A DNA stretch of 60,144 bases, from positions 1-60,144 of the forward strand of contig DASYTM010000034.1 in assembly GCA_036002345.1 (NCBI GenBank). The letters run 5' to 3'. The DNA is from Candidatus Methylomirabilota bacterium. Lineage in GTDB: Bacteria; Methylomirabilota; Methylomirabilia; Rokubacteriales; CSP1-6. Positions 28,208 through 36,505 of this stretch are shown here, in pieces (position 1 is the first letter of the stretch; each line of letters starts with the position of its first letter). The position numbers were made by a program, and so were the translations under genes. The notes beneath the pieces are model-generated. The model saw only the letters and a list, made by a program, of their open reading frames with translations. It ran no database searches and was not told the origin of the DNA.

Positions 28208-29494
28208 TTACCCGGCGGCGCGCGCGAGCCAGCGCTGATCGCGGGGCGAGGCGCGGCGCGCCAGGCGCCGCCGCACGAGCCGGGTCGCGCCGTCGTAGCG
28301 CTCGAGGGCCAGGTAGGACGCGATCATCGTCTCCTCGAAGAGCTCCCACTGCGCGTGGCTGCCGCCGACACGGTGGAACTCCGCCTCGACGGGCTCGAGC
28401 GACGCGAGGGCGGCGGCGTGGTCGCCGGCGACGAAGGCCGCCACGCCCTCGGCCATGGGGAGCGCCACCGCGGCCGCGATGGGATGGCCCTTGGCGCCGA
28501 GGGCGCGGAGGCCGTCCATCAAGCGGCTCAGCGCCGCGCGGTCGCCGTTCGCGGCGTAGACGAGCGCCGCGTGGACCTCGCCGAACACGAAGCCGGGCCG
28601 CGAGACGCGCGCGGCGAGGGCGGCGAGCGCGCGCCACCCCGCGGGGTGCGGCGGCTGCCCGTCCATCTCCAGCCGCCACAGGAGCGCCGCGCCGTCGATC
28701 ATGGCCAGCCGCGGGTTGCCCGCGCCGAGGATGTCGCGGTCGAAGATCTCGCGCGCCCGTGCGTAGCGGCCCTGGTGCAGCGCGAACATCGCCTGGTGCC
28801 AGGCGAGGTGGCAGTGGAACGACGCGCGCGCGTCGTAGCCCGCCATCCAGCCGTCGAGGAAGGCGGCGCCGGCGTCGGTGTCGAGGGTCTCGAAATAGAT
28901 GTGGGCGAGGTTGTGGCTGGCGTTGGCGTTGCGCGGGTACTGCTGGAGCGAGCGCTCCGAGAGCCGGCGCGACTCCTCGAAGCGGTCCACCTCGTGATAG
29001 CTGAAGGCCAGCGCGGACTGGAACCACCAGTCGTCGCCGTACGCGGGCGCCAGCCGCTCGAGGAAGTTCGCGCGCTGCTGCTCGCGGTCGCGGCCGCCCG
29101 CGAAGCCGATGGCGCTCCCCGCCTGGTTGACGAGCAGCGCGTCGCGCGGGAACTCCTCGAGGTGCGCCTCGACGAGGCCGAGCCCGCGCGCCGTCTCGCC
29201 CCCCACCAGCGCGCTCAGCGCCTCGATGTGCTGGCGCTCGCGCCGCGTGGCGCCGCCGACCGTCGCGCGCGCCCGGTCCACGGCGGCGCGCGCCGTCGCG
29301 GCGTCGCCCTGGGCGACGGCGAGCAGCGCCGTGCCCGCGTGGGCCAGCGCGAAGTCCGCGTCCGCCTCCAGCGCGGCCGCGAAGCACGCCTCGGCGCCGG
29401 CGCCGTACGCGAGCAGCCGGTCCATGCCCTCCTGGAACCGCTCGGCGGCGGCGGGGGAGGCGGCGGTCACGTCGAGTCCGTAACGATCGCGCAT
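28208..29494 (-). CDS. Tetratricopeptide-repeat protein (TTC38-like)
   Basis: 428 aa from the ATG at 29494. All-helical repeats (FQEGMDRLLAYGAGAEACFAAALEADADFALAH...). The upstream part of ORF 28208-30001 is shadow. Confidence 0.7.
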   Translation of the reverse strand: MRDRYGLDVTAASPAAAERFQEGMDRLLAYGAGAEACFAAALEADADFALAHAGTALLAVAQGDAATARAAVDRARATVGGATRRERQHIEALSALVGGETARGLGLVEAHLEEFPRDALLVNQAGSAIGFAGGRDREQQRANFLERLAPAYGDDWWFQSALAFSYHEVDRFEESRRLSERSLQQYPRNANASHNLAHIYFETLDTDAGAAFLDGWMAGYDARASFHCHLAWHQAMFALHQGRYARAREIFDRDILGAGNPRLAMIDGAALLWRLEMDGQPPHPAGWRALAALAARVSRPGFVFGEVHAALVYAANGDRAALSRLMDGLRALGAKGHPIAAAVALPMAEGVAAFVAGDHAAALASLEPVEAEFHRVGGSHAQWELFEETMIASYLALERYDGATRLVRRRLARRASPRDQRWLARAAG

Positions 29495-29507
29495 GGGCCC
29501 GGCGGCG

Positions 29508-29513
29508 AGTATA
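29508..29513 (-). promoter_or_regulatory. -10-like TATACT, 13 nt upstream of ATG 29494
   Basis: Minus strand reads GGTATACTCGCCGCCGGGCCC-ATG. No SD. Confidence 0.3.
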
Positions 29514-29525
29514 CCGTCGGGCGCG

Positions 29526-29531
29526 TATAAT
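29526..29531 (+). promoter_or_regulatory. Consensus -10 TATAAT flanked by GGCGCG/CGCGCC arms
   Basis: GGCGCG-TATAAT-CGCGCC spans 29520-29537, with GGAGG SD at 29538 and ATG at 29551. Confidence 0.4.
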
Positions 29532-29550
29532 CGCGCCGGAGGTGGCGCCC

Positions 29551-29946
29551 ATGCAGATCCGTCTCTCGCGCGACCTGGACGAGGGGAGCCGGTCGGCGCC
29601 CATGACCCTCGGCGGTTTCTTTGCGCGCTTCCCGGAGGTGCCGGCCGACCTGCGCGACGAGCCGCTGCTGACGGAGTTCGTCCGGGCCTTCGGCCCGCAG
29701 CTCGCGGTGGCGCAGAAGCCGTCGCCGTGCGTGGCGCGCGCGGACGGCGGGGACGCCGAGCACCACTTCTACACCCGCCTCGTGAACGACCTCGCCATCT
29801 ACGGCATCGGCCTGGCGCGGCGCGAGCGCACCCTGCAGCGTCTGGAGCGCCTGCTCGCCGACTACCGCGCGCAGCCCGCCACCTTCGCCTGCACCCTCGT
29901 CCCGCGCAAGGGGCCCGACGCGCCGCGCGCCAGCTGCGCCGGCTAG
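29551..29946 (+). CDS. Hypothetical protein (131 aa)
   Basis: ATG at 29551 with GGAGG 8 nt upstream. Non-shadow composition (MQIRLSRDLDEGSRSAPMTLGGFFARFPEVPADLRDEPLLTEFVRAF...). Ends 5 nt before the amidase gene. Confidence 0.55.
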   Translation: MQIRLSRDLDEGSRSAPMTLGGFFARFPEVPADLRDEPLLTEFVRAFGPQLAVAQKPSPCVARADGGDAEHHFYTRLVNDLAIYGIGLARRERTLQRLERLLADYRAQPATFACTLVPRKGPDAPRASCAG

Positions 29947-29951
29947 CCGCC

Positions 29952-31406
29952 ATGCTCGACGTCCCGTTCCGGACCGCCACGCAGCTCGCCGCCGCGATCA
30001 AGGGGAAGAAGATCGGCGCGCTCGAGCTCCTCGACCTCTACATCGCGCGCGTCGAGAAGTACGACGGCGCGCTGAACGCCGTGGTCGTGCGCGACTTCGC
30101 GCGCGCGCGAGCCCGCGCGCGCGCCGCCGACAAGGCGCTCGCCAGGCGCCAGGTGTGGGGGCCGCTCCACGGCGTGCCCATGACCATCAAGGAGTCGTAC
30201 GACGTGGCGGGGCTGCCGACCACGTGGGGCGTGCCCGCCTACAAGGACCGGATGGCGACGAAGAACGCGGTGGCCGTGGACCGGCTGCTCGCCGCCGGCG
30301 TCACGCTGTTCGGCAAGACCAACGTGCCGCTCTTCCTCGCCGACTGGCAGAGCTTCAACGTCATCTACGGATCGACCAACAACCCGTGGGACGTCGCGCG
30401 CGCGCCCGGCGGATCCTCCGGCGGCTCGGCGGCGGCGCTCGCCGCGGGCTTGACCGGGCTCGAAGCCGGCAGCGACATCGGCTCGTCGATCCGGAACCCC
30501 GCGCACTTCTGCGGCGTCTACGGCCACAAGCCGACGTGGGGCATCGTGCCGCGCACGGGCCAGGCCCTGCCGTGGCAGACGGCGGCCGTGGACATCGACG
30601 TGGTGGGGCCGCTGGCGCGGAGCGCCGCCGACCTCGAGCTCGCGCTCTCGGTGATGGCCGGACCCGACGCGATCGACGCCGCGGGCTGGCAGCTGGCCCT
30701 CCGCGCGCCGCGCCAGAAGAAACTGCGCGATTTCAGGGTCGCGCTCATGCTCGACGCGCCGGGCTTCCCCATCGACCGCCAGGTGCAGGACCGGCTCGGT
30801 GCGCTCGCCGGTTTCCTCCGCAAGCAGAAAGTCAAAGTTGACGAGCGCGCGCGTCCGGCCGTCGACGTCAACGAGGCGTGGGACGTGTACGTCAAGCTGC
30901 TGCGCTCCGCGACCTCCGACCGCCAGACGGACGCCGAGTTCGAGCAGAACGCGGGAACCGCCCGCGGCCTCCCCGCCTCCGACCAGAGCTACCGCGCCCG
31001 CGCGACGCGCGCGGCCGTCCTCTCGCACCGCGACTGGCTCGCCGCCAACGAGGCGCGCACGCGGATGCGCCAGGCGTGGGCCGAGTTCTTCACCTCGTAC
31101 GACCTGCTGCTCTGCCCCGTGGCGCCGACGGCGGCCGTCCCGCACGACCAGAAGCGGGAGCGCTTCGAGCGCACCGTGGTCGTCAACGGCACGCCGACGC
31201 TCGTGACCGACCATCTGTTCTGGGCCGGGTACACGGGCGTGGCGTTCCTGCCCTCGACGGCTGCGCCGTGCGGCTTCACGCCGTCGGGGCTGCCCGTCGG
31301 TGTGCAGATCGTCGGCCCGCAGTACGGCGACCGCACGACGCTCGCGTTCGCGCGGCTCCTGGAGCGGGAGTTCCAGGGCTTCGTGCCCCCGCCCGGCTTC
31401 GCCTGA
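29952..31406 (+). CDS. Amidase (amidase-signature family)
   Basis: GVPMTIKESYDVAGLPTT and GGSSGGSAAALAAGLTGLEAGSDIGSSIRNPA, the AS-family Ser-cisSer-Lys signature. Confidence 0.9.
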   Translation: MLDVPFRTATQLAAAIKGKKIGALELLDLYIARVEKYDGALNAVVVRDFARARARARAADKALARRQVWGPLHGVPMTIKESYDVAGLPTTWGVPAYKDRMATKNAVAVDRLLAAGVTLFGKTNVPLFLADWQSFNVIYGSTNNPWDVARAPGGSSGGSAAALAAGLTGLEAGSDIGSSIRNPAHFCGVYGHKPTWGIVPRTGQALPWQTAAVDIDVVGPLARSAADLELALSVMAGPDAIDAAGWQLALRAPRQKKLRDFRVALMLDAPGFPIDRQVQDRLGALAGFLRKQKVKVDERARPAVDVNEAWDVYVKLLRSATSDRQTDAEFEQNAGTARGLPASDQSYRARATRAAVLSHRDWLAANEARTRMRQAWAEFFTSYDLLLCPVAPTAAVPHDQKRERFERTVVVNGTPTLVTDHLFWAGYTGVAFLPSTAAPCGFTPSGLPVGVQIVGPQYGDRTTLAFARLLEREFQGFVPPPGFA

Positions 31407-32605
31407 TCCGCGGCGCGCGCACGACACCGTTCGCGCTGTTCTGGTGCTCGCGCGTGCTGGTCACGCTCGCGCTGCACATGCAGACCGTCGCGGTGGGCTG
31501 GCAGCTCTACTCGCTGACGGGCAGCGCCCTCGACCTCGGCCTGGTCGGGCTCGTGCAGTTCGTGCCGACCATCGTGCTCACGCTCATCGTCGGGCAGGTC
31601 GCGGACCGCTACGACCGCCGCCGCGTCGTGGTCGTGTGCGAGGTGGCTCAGGCGGCCGGGACCGCGGCGCTGGCCTTCGGCAGCGCGAGCGGCTGGCTCG
31701 GGCGCGACGGCATCCTCGCGATCCTCGCCGTGCTCGGCGGCGCGCGCGCGTTCGAGAACCCCGCGCGGGCCGCCCTCCTGCCCGGGCTCGTGCCGCTGGC
31801 TCGCCTGCCGCGCGCCATCGCCAGCGTGACCTCCGCCGGCCAGTCGGCGCGCATCGTGGGCCCGGCCCTCGGCGGCGTGCTCTACGCGCTCGGGCCGACC
31901 ACCGTGTACGCCGCCGTGGCCGCGCTGTACCTGGTCGGGGCCGCGCTGATGGCGCTCGTGCGCGGGGCGCGGCCCGGCGGGCGGTCCGACGACGAAACGC
32001 CGGCCTCGCTGTTCTCGGGGGTGGCCTTCATCGCGCGCCAGCCGCTCTTGCTCAGCATGCTGTCGCTCGATCTCTTCGCCGTCCTGCTCGGCGGCGCCAC
32101 CGCGCTGCTGCCGATCTACGCGCGCGACATCCTCGGCACCGGCCCCTGGGGCCTCGGGCTGCTGCGCGCGGCGCCCGCGGTCGGCGCGCTCGTCATGTCG
32201 GTGGTGCTCACGCGATCTCCGGTGGACCGCCGCGCCGGCACCGTGCTGTTCGGCGGCGTCATGGTCTTCGGCGTCGCCACCGTGGTCTTCGGGCTCTCCC
32301 GCAGCCTGCCGCTGTCGCTGGCCGCGCTGGTCGTGCTCGGCGCCGCCGATCTGCTCAGCGTCGTCATCCGGCACTCGCTGGTGCAGATCCGCACCCCCGA
32401 CGGCATGCGCGGCCGCGTGAGCGCCGTGCACTCGCTGTCCACCGGTACCTCGAACCAGCTCGGCGAGTTCGAGTCCGGGCTCCTGGCCGCGCTGTTCGGG
32501 CCCGTGGCCGCCGTGCTCATCGGCGGCGTCGGCACGATCGTGGTGGCCGCGGTCTGGATGCACCGATTCCCCGCGCTACGCCGCTTCCGGCTGGCCGCCT
32601 CGTGA
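31403..32605 (+). CDS. MFS transporter (MFS_3/EntS-like), start uncertain
   Basis: Hydrophobic C-terminal 400 aa of ORF 30878-32605. The first TM begins right after the amidase stop. No canonical start lies between 31403 and the in-frame GTG at 31454. Confidence 0.8.
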   Translation: MIRGARTTPFALFWCSRVLVTLALHMQTVAVGWQLYSLTGSALDLGLVGLVQFVPTIVLTLIVGQVADRYDRRRVVVVCEVAQAAGTAALAFGSASGWLGRDGILAILAVLGGARAFENPARAALLPGLVPLARLPRAIASVTSAGQSARIVGPALGGVLYALGPTTVYAAVAALYLVGAALMALVRGARPGGRSDDETPASLFSGVAFIARQPLLLSMLSLDLFAVLLGGATALLPIYARDILGTGPWGLGLLRAAPAVGALVMSVVLTRSPVDRRAGTVLFGGVMVFGVATVVFGLSRSLPLSLAALVVLGAADLLSVVIRHSLVQIRTPDGMRGRVSAVHSLSTGTSNQLGEFESGLLAALFGPVAAVLIGGVGTIVVAAVWMHRFPALRRFRLAAS

Positions 32606-33253
32606 GGCGCCGGGCGCCGGCTTCGCCCAGGGACTCAGCTCCCAGAGCCCGACCACCGTGAAGTAGAGGACGCCGAAGGCGAGCGCGCGGTGCGGCTCGT
32701 CGACCCAGAGGCCCTCGCCGGGCAATTCCTGGGCGGCGACGACGGCCCGGGTCACGCCGAGGCGCGGAACGGGCAGCATCGTCGTGACGCCGGCGGAGAC
32801 GAGGTAGGCGACCGCGCCGAAGCCCCACCCGAAATAGACGTACGTCTTCTCGCTCTCGCTTCGCGCCCGGCCGGCGAGCAGCGGGCCGAGCAGCCGGTTC
32901 GCGGTCAAGAGCCAGAACGTGACGAGCGGCCACCAGGTGCCGAACGCCAGCGAGAAGCCGCCCAGGAGCGCCGTGTAGACGAGCGCGAGCCCGGCGACGA
33001 CGGGCACCTTGACGGCCCGCTCGAAGTCGCTGACGGCGAAGCCCATCAGCAATCCGGAGGAGTGCACGGTCACGAGCTCGACGAGCATCACCAGCACGAG
33101 GTAGGCGACCATCCGCTCGCCGAGCGCCGGCGGCGAGACCCACGTGACCACGAACGTGCCGGCGAGGACGAAGTTGGGCACGGCCGCGACGAGCCGCCGC
33201 GGCAGGGTGCCCGGGATCGTCGTGTCGGGGCCGTCGAGCATCGCGCGTACCAT
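32576..33253 (-). CDS. Uncharacterised 6-TM membrane protein, paralogue 1 of 3
   Basis: 225 aa. Shares FPN-VLAGTF--TW, LE--NVH-SGL, FGTWWPL--FWLLT-NRLL, LPGEG-W--EP-R and G-LYF blocks with the genes at 47461-48078 and 49480-50097. Confidence 0.7.
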   Translation of the reverse strand: MVRAMLDGPDTTIPGTLPRRLVAAVPNFVLAGTFVVTWVSPPALGERMVAYLVLVMLVELVTVHSSGLLMGFAVSDFERAVKVPVVAGLALVYTALLGGFSLAFGTWWPLVTFWLLTANRLLGPLLAGRARSESEKTYVYFGWGFGAVAYLVSAGVTTMLPVPRLGVTRAVVAAQELPGEGLWVDEPHRALAFGVLYFTVVGLWELSPWAKPAPGASRGGQPEAA

Positions 33254-33323
33254 AGCGCAGGACGGGAGCGCCGAGATCGCCTATCATGTCGCGCACCGTA
33301 TCCCCGTCGCTCAGGAGGACGCC

Positions 33324-34619
33324 ATGACGATGAACCGGCGCACGTTCCTCGGGACCACGAGCCTGGCCGCGGCCGCCGCCGTCCTCGGCGACGGCGCGCG
33401 CCGTCCCGCCCGCGCGGACAAGCCCGTGAATTTCTCGGGCTGGGTCTTCAAGCCCGACACCGTGAAGGACTACGTGGACTACTTCAACAAGAAGCACGGG
33501 GGCCAGGTGAAGTACGACGCCGTCCCGTGGGCCACGTACCACCCCACCATGGAGACGCGCGCCATGGCCGGCGAGATCGTGGACGTCATGTACTGCAACT
33601 CCGCCAACCGCGAGCGCTGGGTGGACAACGGCCTCATCCGCGCGCTGGACGACCTGCCGGGCATGGACGAGCTGAAGAAGAAGATGGCGCCGGGGAACCT
33701 CGAGGCCGCCCGCAGCCGCGACGGCTCGAAGGTCGTGGGCCTGCCGTACTTCACCAGCATCTTCATCCTCATCTACAACGAGCCGATGCTGCAGCAGGCT
33801 GGCATCAAGGCCCCCGCCAAGACCTGGGACGAGCTCGTCGAGCACTCCGCCAAGCTCAAGCGCGACAAGGTCAGCGACACGCCGTATCTCCCGAACTGGA
33901 ACAACAGCGGCTCGGGGACGATGCCGCAGCTCCTCAGCGACTGCCACTCGGAGGGCGCCACTGTCTTCGACGCCAAGAACCGCGTGATCGTCGACCAGGA
34001 GCCCGGCGCGGCGCGCGCCATGGAGCGCTGGCAGAAGGTCTACAAGGACGGCCTCGTGAACCCGGAGGTCCTCACCAAGACCTCGTCGACCGACACGCAC
34101 CGGCTGTTCTGGACGGGCCGCTACGCGTACCACACGAACCACTCGTATTACTTGAGAACGATCGCCGGCGAGCCCGAGAACAGCAAGCTCGCGCCGAAGA
34201 AAGCCAAGATGGCGATGTACCCGGGCAACGGCCAGACGCACATGTTCACCGAGTGGTACACGATCAACGCCAAGACGAAGGTGCTGGACGACGCGTGGAA
34301 GTTCGCCAAGTTCCTCGGCGGCAATCAGAACGGCGACTGGTACGTGCAGCGGCAATGGTGCCTCATCGCCGGCCTCGACAACGCGTACCCCGAGATGTAC
34401 GACAACCCGGAGATCGTCGCCTCCTACGACAAGTGGATCGACCTGAAGCTCCTGCGCGAGCAGTACAAGAAGGGCCGGCCCAACAACGCGTTCAAGGAGC
34501 CGTGGTTCAGCGAGTGGGACAGCAAGGCCATCGCCATCGTGCACAACATGATCCGTGGCACCGCCACCGTGCCGAAGGGTCTCAAGGAGCTGGCCGCGCT
34601 CCAGAAGTCGCTCGTCTAG
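33324..34619 (+). CDS. Sugar-type ABC transporter extracellular solute-binding protein (Tat signal)
   Basis: ATG at 33324 after AGGAGG. MTMNRRTFLGTTSLAAAAAVL twin-arginine signal. Family-1 SBP-like body. Confidence 0.9.
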   Translation: MTMNRRTFLGTTSLAAAAAVLGDGARRPARADKPVNFSGWVFKPDTVKDYVDYFNKKHGGQVKYDAVPWATYHPTMETRAMAGEIVDVMYCNSANRERWVDNGLIRALDDLPGMDELKKKMAPGNLEAARSRDGSKVVGLPYFTSIFILIYNEPMLQQAGIKAPAKTWDELVEHSAKLKRDKVSDTPYLPNWNNSGSGTMPQLLSDCHSEGATVFDAKNRVIVDQEPGAARAMERWQKVYKDGLVNPEVLTKTSSTDTHRLFWTGRYAYHTNHSYYLRTIAGEPENSKLAPKKAKMAMYPGNGQTHMFTEWYTINAKTKVLDDAWKFAKFLGGNQNGDWYVQRQWCLIAGLDNAYPEMYDNPEIVASYDKWIDLKLLREQYKKGRPNNAFKEPWFSEWDSKAIAIVHNMIRGTATVPKGLKELAALQKSLV

Positions 34620-34625
34620 CGTCGC

Positions 34626-35546
34626 GTGAAGCTGCGAGAGAGCGCGCTGGCCTGGCTCTTCGTCGGGCCAGCGCTGCTCTGCATCGGCCTCGTCGTCGTC
34701 TTCCCCCTCGCCTACTCGCTGTGGCTCTCGTTCACCGACGTGAACCTCCTGCGCGCCACGGGCCCGGCCGTGGAGCTCTGGGGGATGCGGGTGCCGCTCT
34801 TCCACTGGATCGGCGCGAAGAACTACCTCCAGACGCTCGCCGACCCGCTCTACTGGGACTCGCTCTGGCGCACGCTCTACTTCGTCGGCGCGTTCGTCGC
34901 GGAGGCCACGCTGGTGGGGCTCGGCATGGCCCTCGTGCTGAACGAGCGGTTCGCGGGCCGGCCGCTGATGCGGAGCCTCCTGCTCGTGCCGTGGTCGCTC
35001 TCGCGGATCGTGGTGGGCCTCCTGTGGATCGGCATCCTCGACTTCGAGTTCGGCGCGCTCAACGGGATGCTCCTGCGCGCCGGGCTCGTGGACGGCGCCA
35101 TCTCGTTCTTCAAGGAGGGCTGGAGCGCGCTCAACGTCCTGATCTCCGTCTACATGTGGAACCAGGCGCCCTTCGCCAGCCTGCTTTTCCTGGCCGGCAT
35201 GCAGTCGATCTCCGAGGATCTCTACGCGGCGGCCGAGGTGGACGGCGCCGGTTACTGGCGGCGGCTCTGGTACGTCACGCTGCCGGCGCTGCGGCCGATC
35301 GTGTTCCTGGTCCTCGTGCTCGCCACCGTGAACGGCTTTCTCATGCTCGACCTCATCTACGTCCTCACCATGGGCGGGCCCGGGTACGACACCACCACCG
35401 TCTCGTGGCACGGCTTCAAGACGAGCTTCACGTTCTTCAAGTTCGGCCCGGGCACGGCCATCCTCTACACGCTCACCGCGCTGTGCCTGCTCCTCACCGT
35501 CGTCTACCACAAGCTCGTGCTGGCCCGCTTCGAGCCGGAGGCCTGA
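34626..35546 (+). CDS. Carbohydrate ABC transporter permease
   Basis: 306 aa, 6 TM helices, EAA loop (AAEVDGAGYWRRLWYVTLPALRP). Confidence 0.9.
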   Translation: MKLRESALAWLFVGPALLCIGLVVVFPLAYSLWLSFTDVNLLRATGPAVELWGMRVPLFHWIGAKNYLQTLADPLYWDSLWRTLYFVGAFVAEATLVGLGMALVLNERFAGRPLMRSLLLVPWSLSRIVVGLLWIGILDFEFGALNGMLLRAGLVDGAISFFKEGWSALNVLISVYMWNQAPFASLLFLAGMQSISEDLYAAAEVDGAGYWRRLWYVTLPALRPIVFLVLVLATVNGFLMLDLIYVLTMGGPGYDTTTVSWHGFKTSFTFFKFGPGTAILYTLTALCLLLTVVYHKLVLARFEPEA

Positions 35547-35547
35547 G

Positions 35548-36444
35548 ATGCCGGCGGGGCGCGCGCGCTATCGCGGTGGCAACTACCGGCGGCGCTCAGC
35601 GGGCAGCGCGCTGGTGCTCTACGCGACGGTGGCCGCGGTGGCGCTGTGGCTGATCGCGCCGTTCGCGTGGCTCTTCGTGACGAGCGTGTCGTATCAGAAG
35701 CACCTCCTGGCGCGGCCGTTCACCCTCGTGCCGCCGGAGGTGACGCTCGACAACTACCGCATGGTGCTCGGGCTCGTGCGCTTCCACGCCGAGGGCCAGG
35801 CCGGCAAGATCCTCGCCTCCATGTGGAACAGCCTCGTGGTGGCCGGCGTGGTCACGGTCGTGAACCTCGCCGTCGGCACCACGGCGGGCTACGCCTACGC
35901 GCGGTTCCGCTTTCCGCTCAAGATGGTGTCGCTCTTCGCGCTGCTCTTCACGCGGATGCTGCCGACCATCGTGCTCGTGCCCGCCTTCTTCATCGTCTTT
36001 CGCGCGCTGGGGCTGCAGAACACGCTGACCGGCCTCGTGATCGCCTACTGCTCGTTCACGCTGCCGTTCACGGTGTGGATCATGAAGGCCTACTTCGAGA
36101 CCATCCCCGCCGATCTCGACAAGAGCGCGCTGGTGGACGGCTGCAACCGCTGGCAGGCCTACCGACGCGTGGTGCTGCCCGTGTCGGGCCCGGGTCTCGT
36201 GGCCGGCGGCGCGTTCACCTTCATGCTGTGCTGGAACGAGTTCGTGGTCGCCCAGATCCTCAACACGCGCCCGGGCACCACGACGCTCCCGCCCGTGATC
36301 GCCGGCATGAACGGCCAGATCAACATCGACTACTCGGTGATCGCGGCCTCCGGGTTCCTCGGCGCCCTGCCCGCCGTCCTCCTCGTGCTGATCTTCCAGA
36401 AGTACATGGTGCAGGGCCTCACCGCGGGGTCCGTGAAGGGCTGA
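35548..36444 (+). CDS. Carbohydrate ABC transporter permease
   Basis: 298 aa, EAA loop (SALVDGCNRWQAYRRVVLPVSGP). Confidence 0.9.
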   Translation: MPAGRARYRGGNYRRRSAGSALVLYATVAAVALWLIAPFAWLFVTSVSYQKHLLARPFTLVPPEVTLDNYRMVLGLVRFHAEGQAGKILASMWNSLVVAGVVTVVNLAVGTTAGYAYARFRFPLKMVSLFALLFTRMLPTIVLVPAFFIVFRALGLQNTLTGLVIAYCSFTLPFTVWIMKAYFETIPADLDKSALVDGCNRWQAYRRVVLPVSGPGLVAGGAFTFMLCWNEFVVAQILNTRPGTTTLPPVIAGMNGQINIDYSVIAASGFLGALPAVLLVLIFQKYMVQGLTAGSVKG

Positions 36445-36505
36445 CACCCGCGTTGACTCTGGTGCTGTAGACTCGACGCCAACGCTTCGGCACGCGGAGG
36501 AAGGC

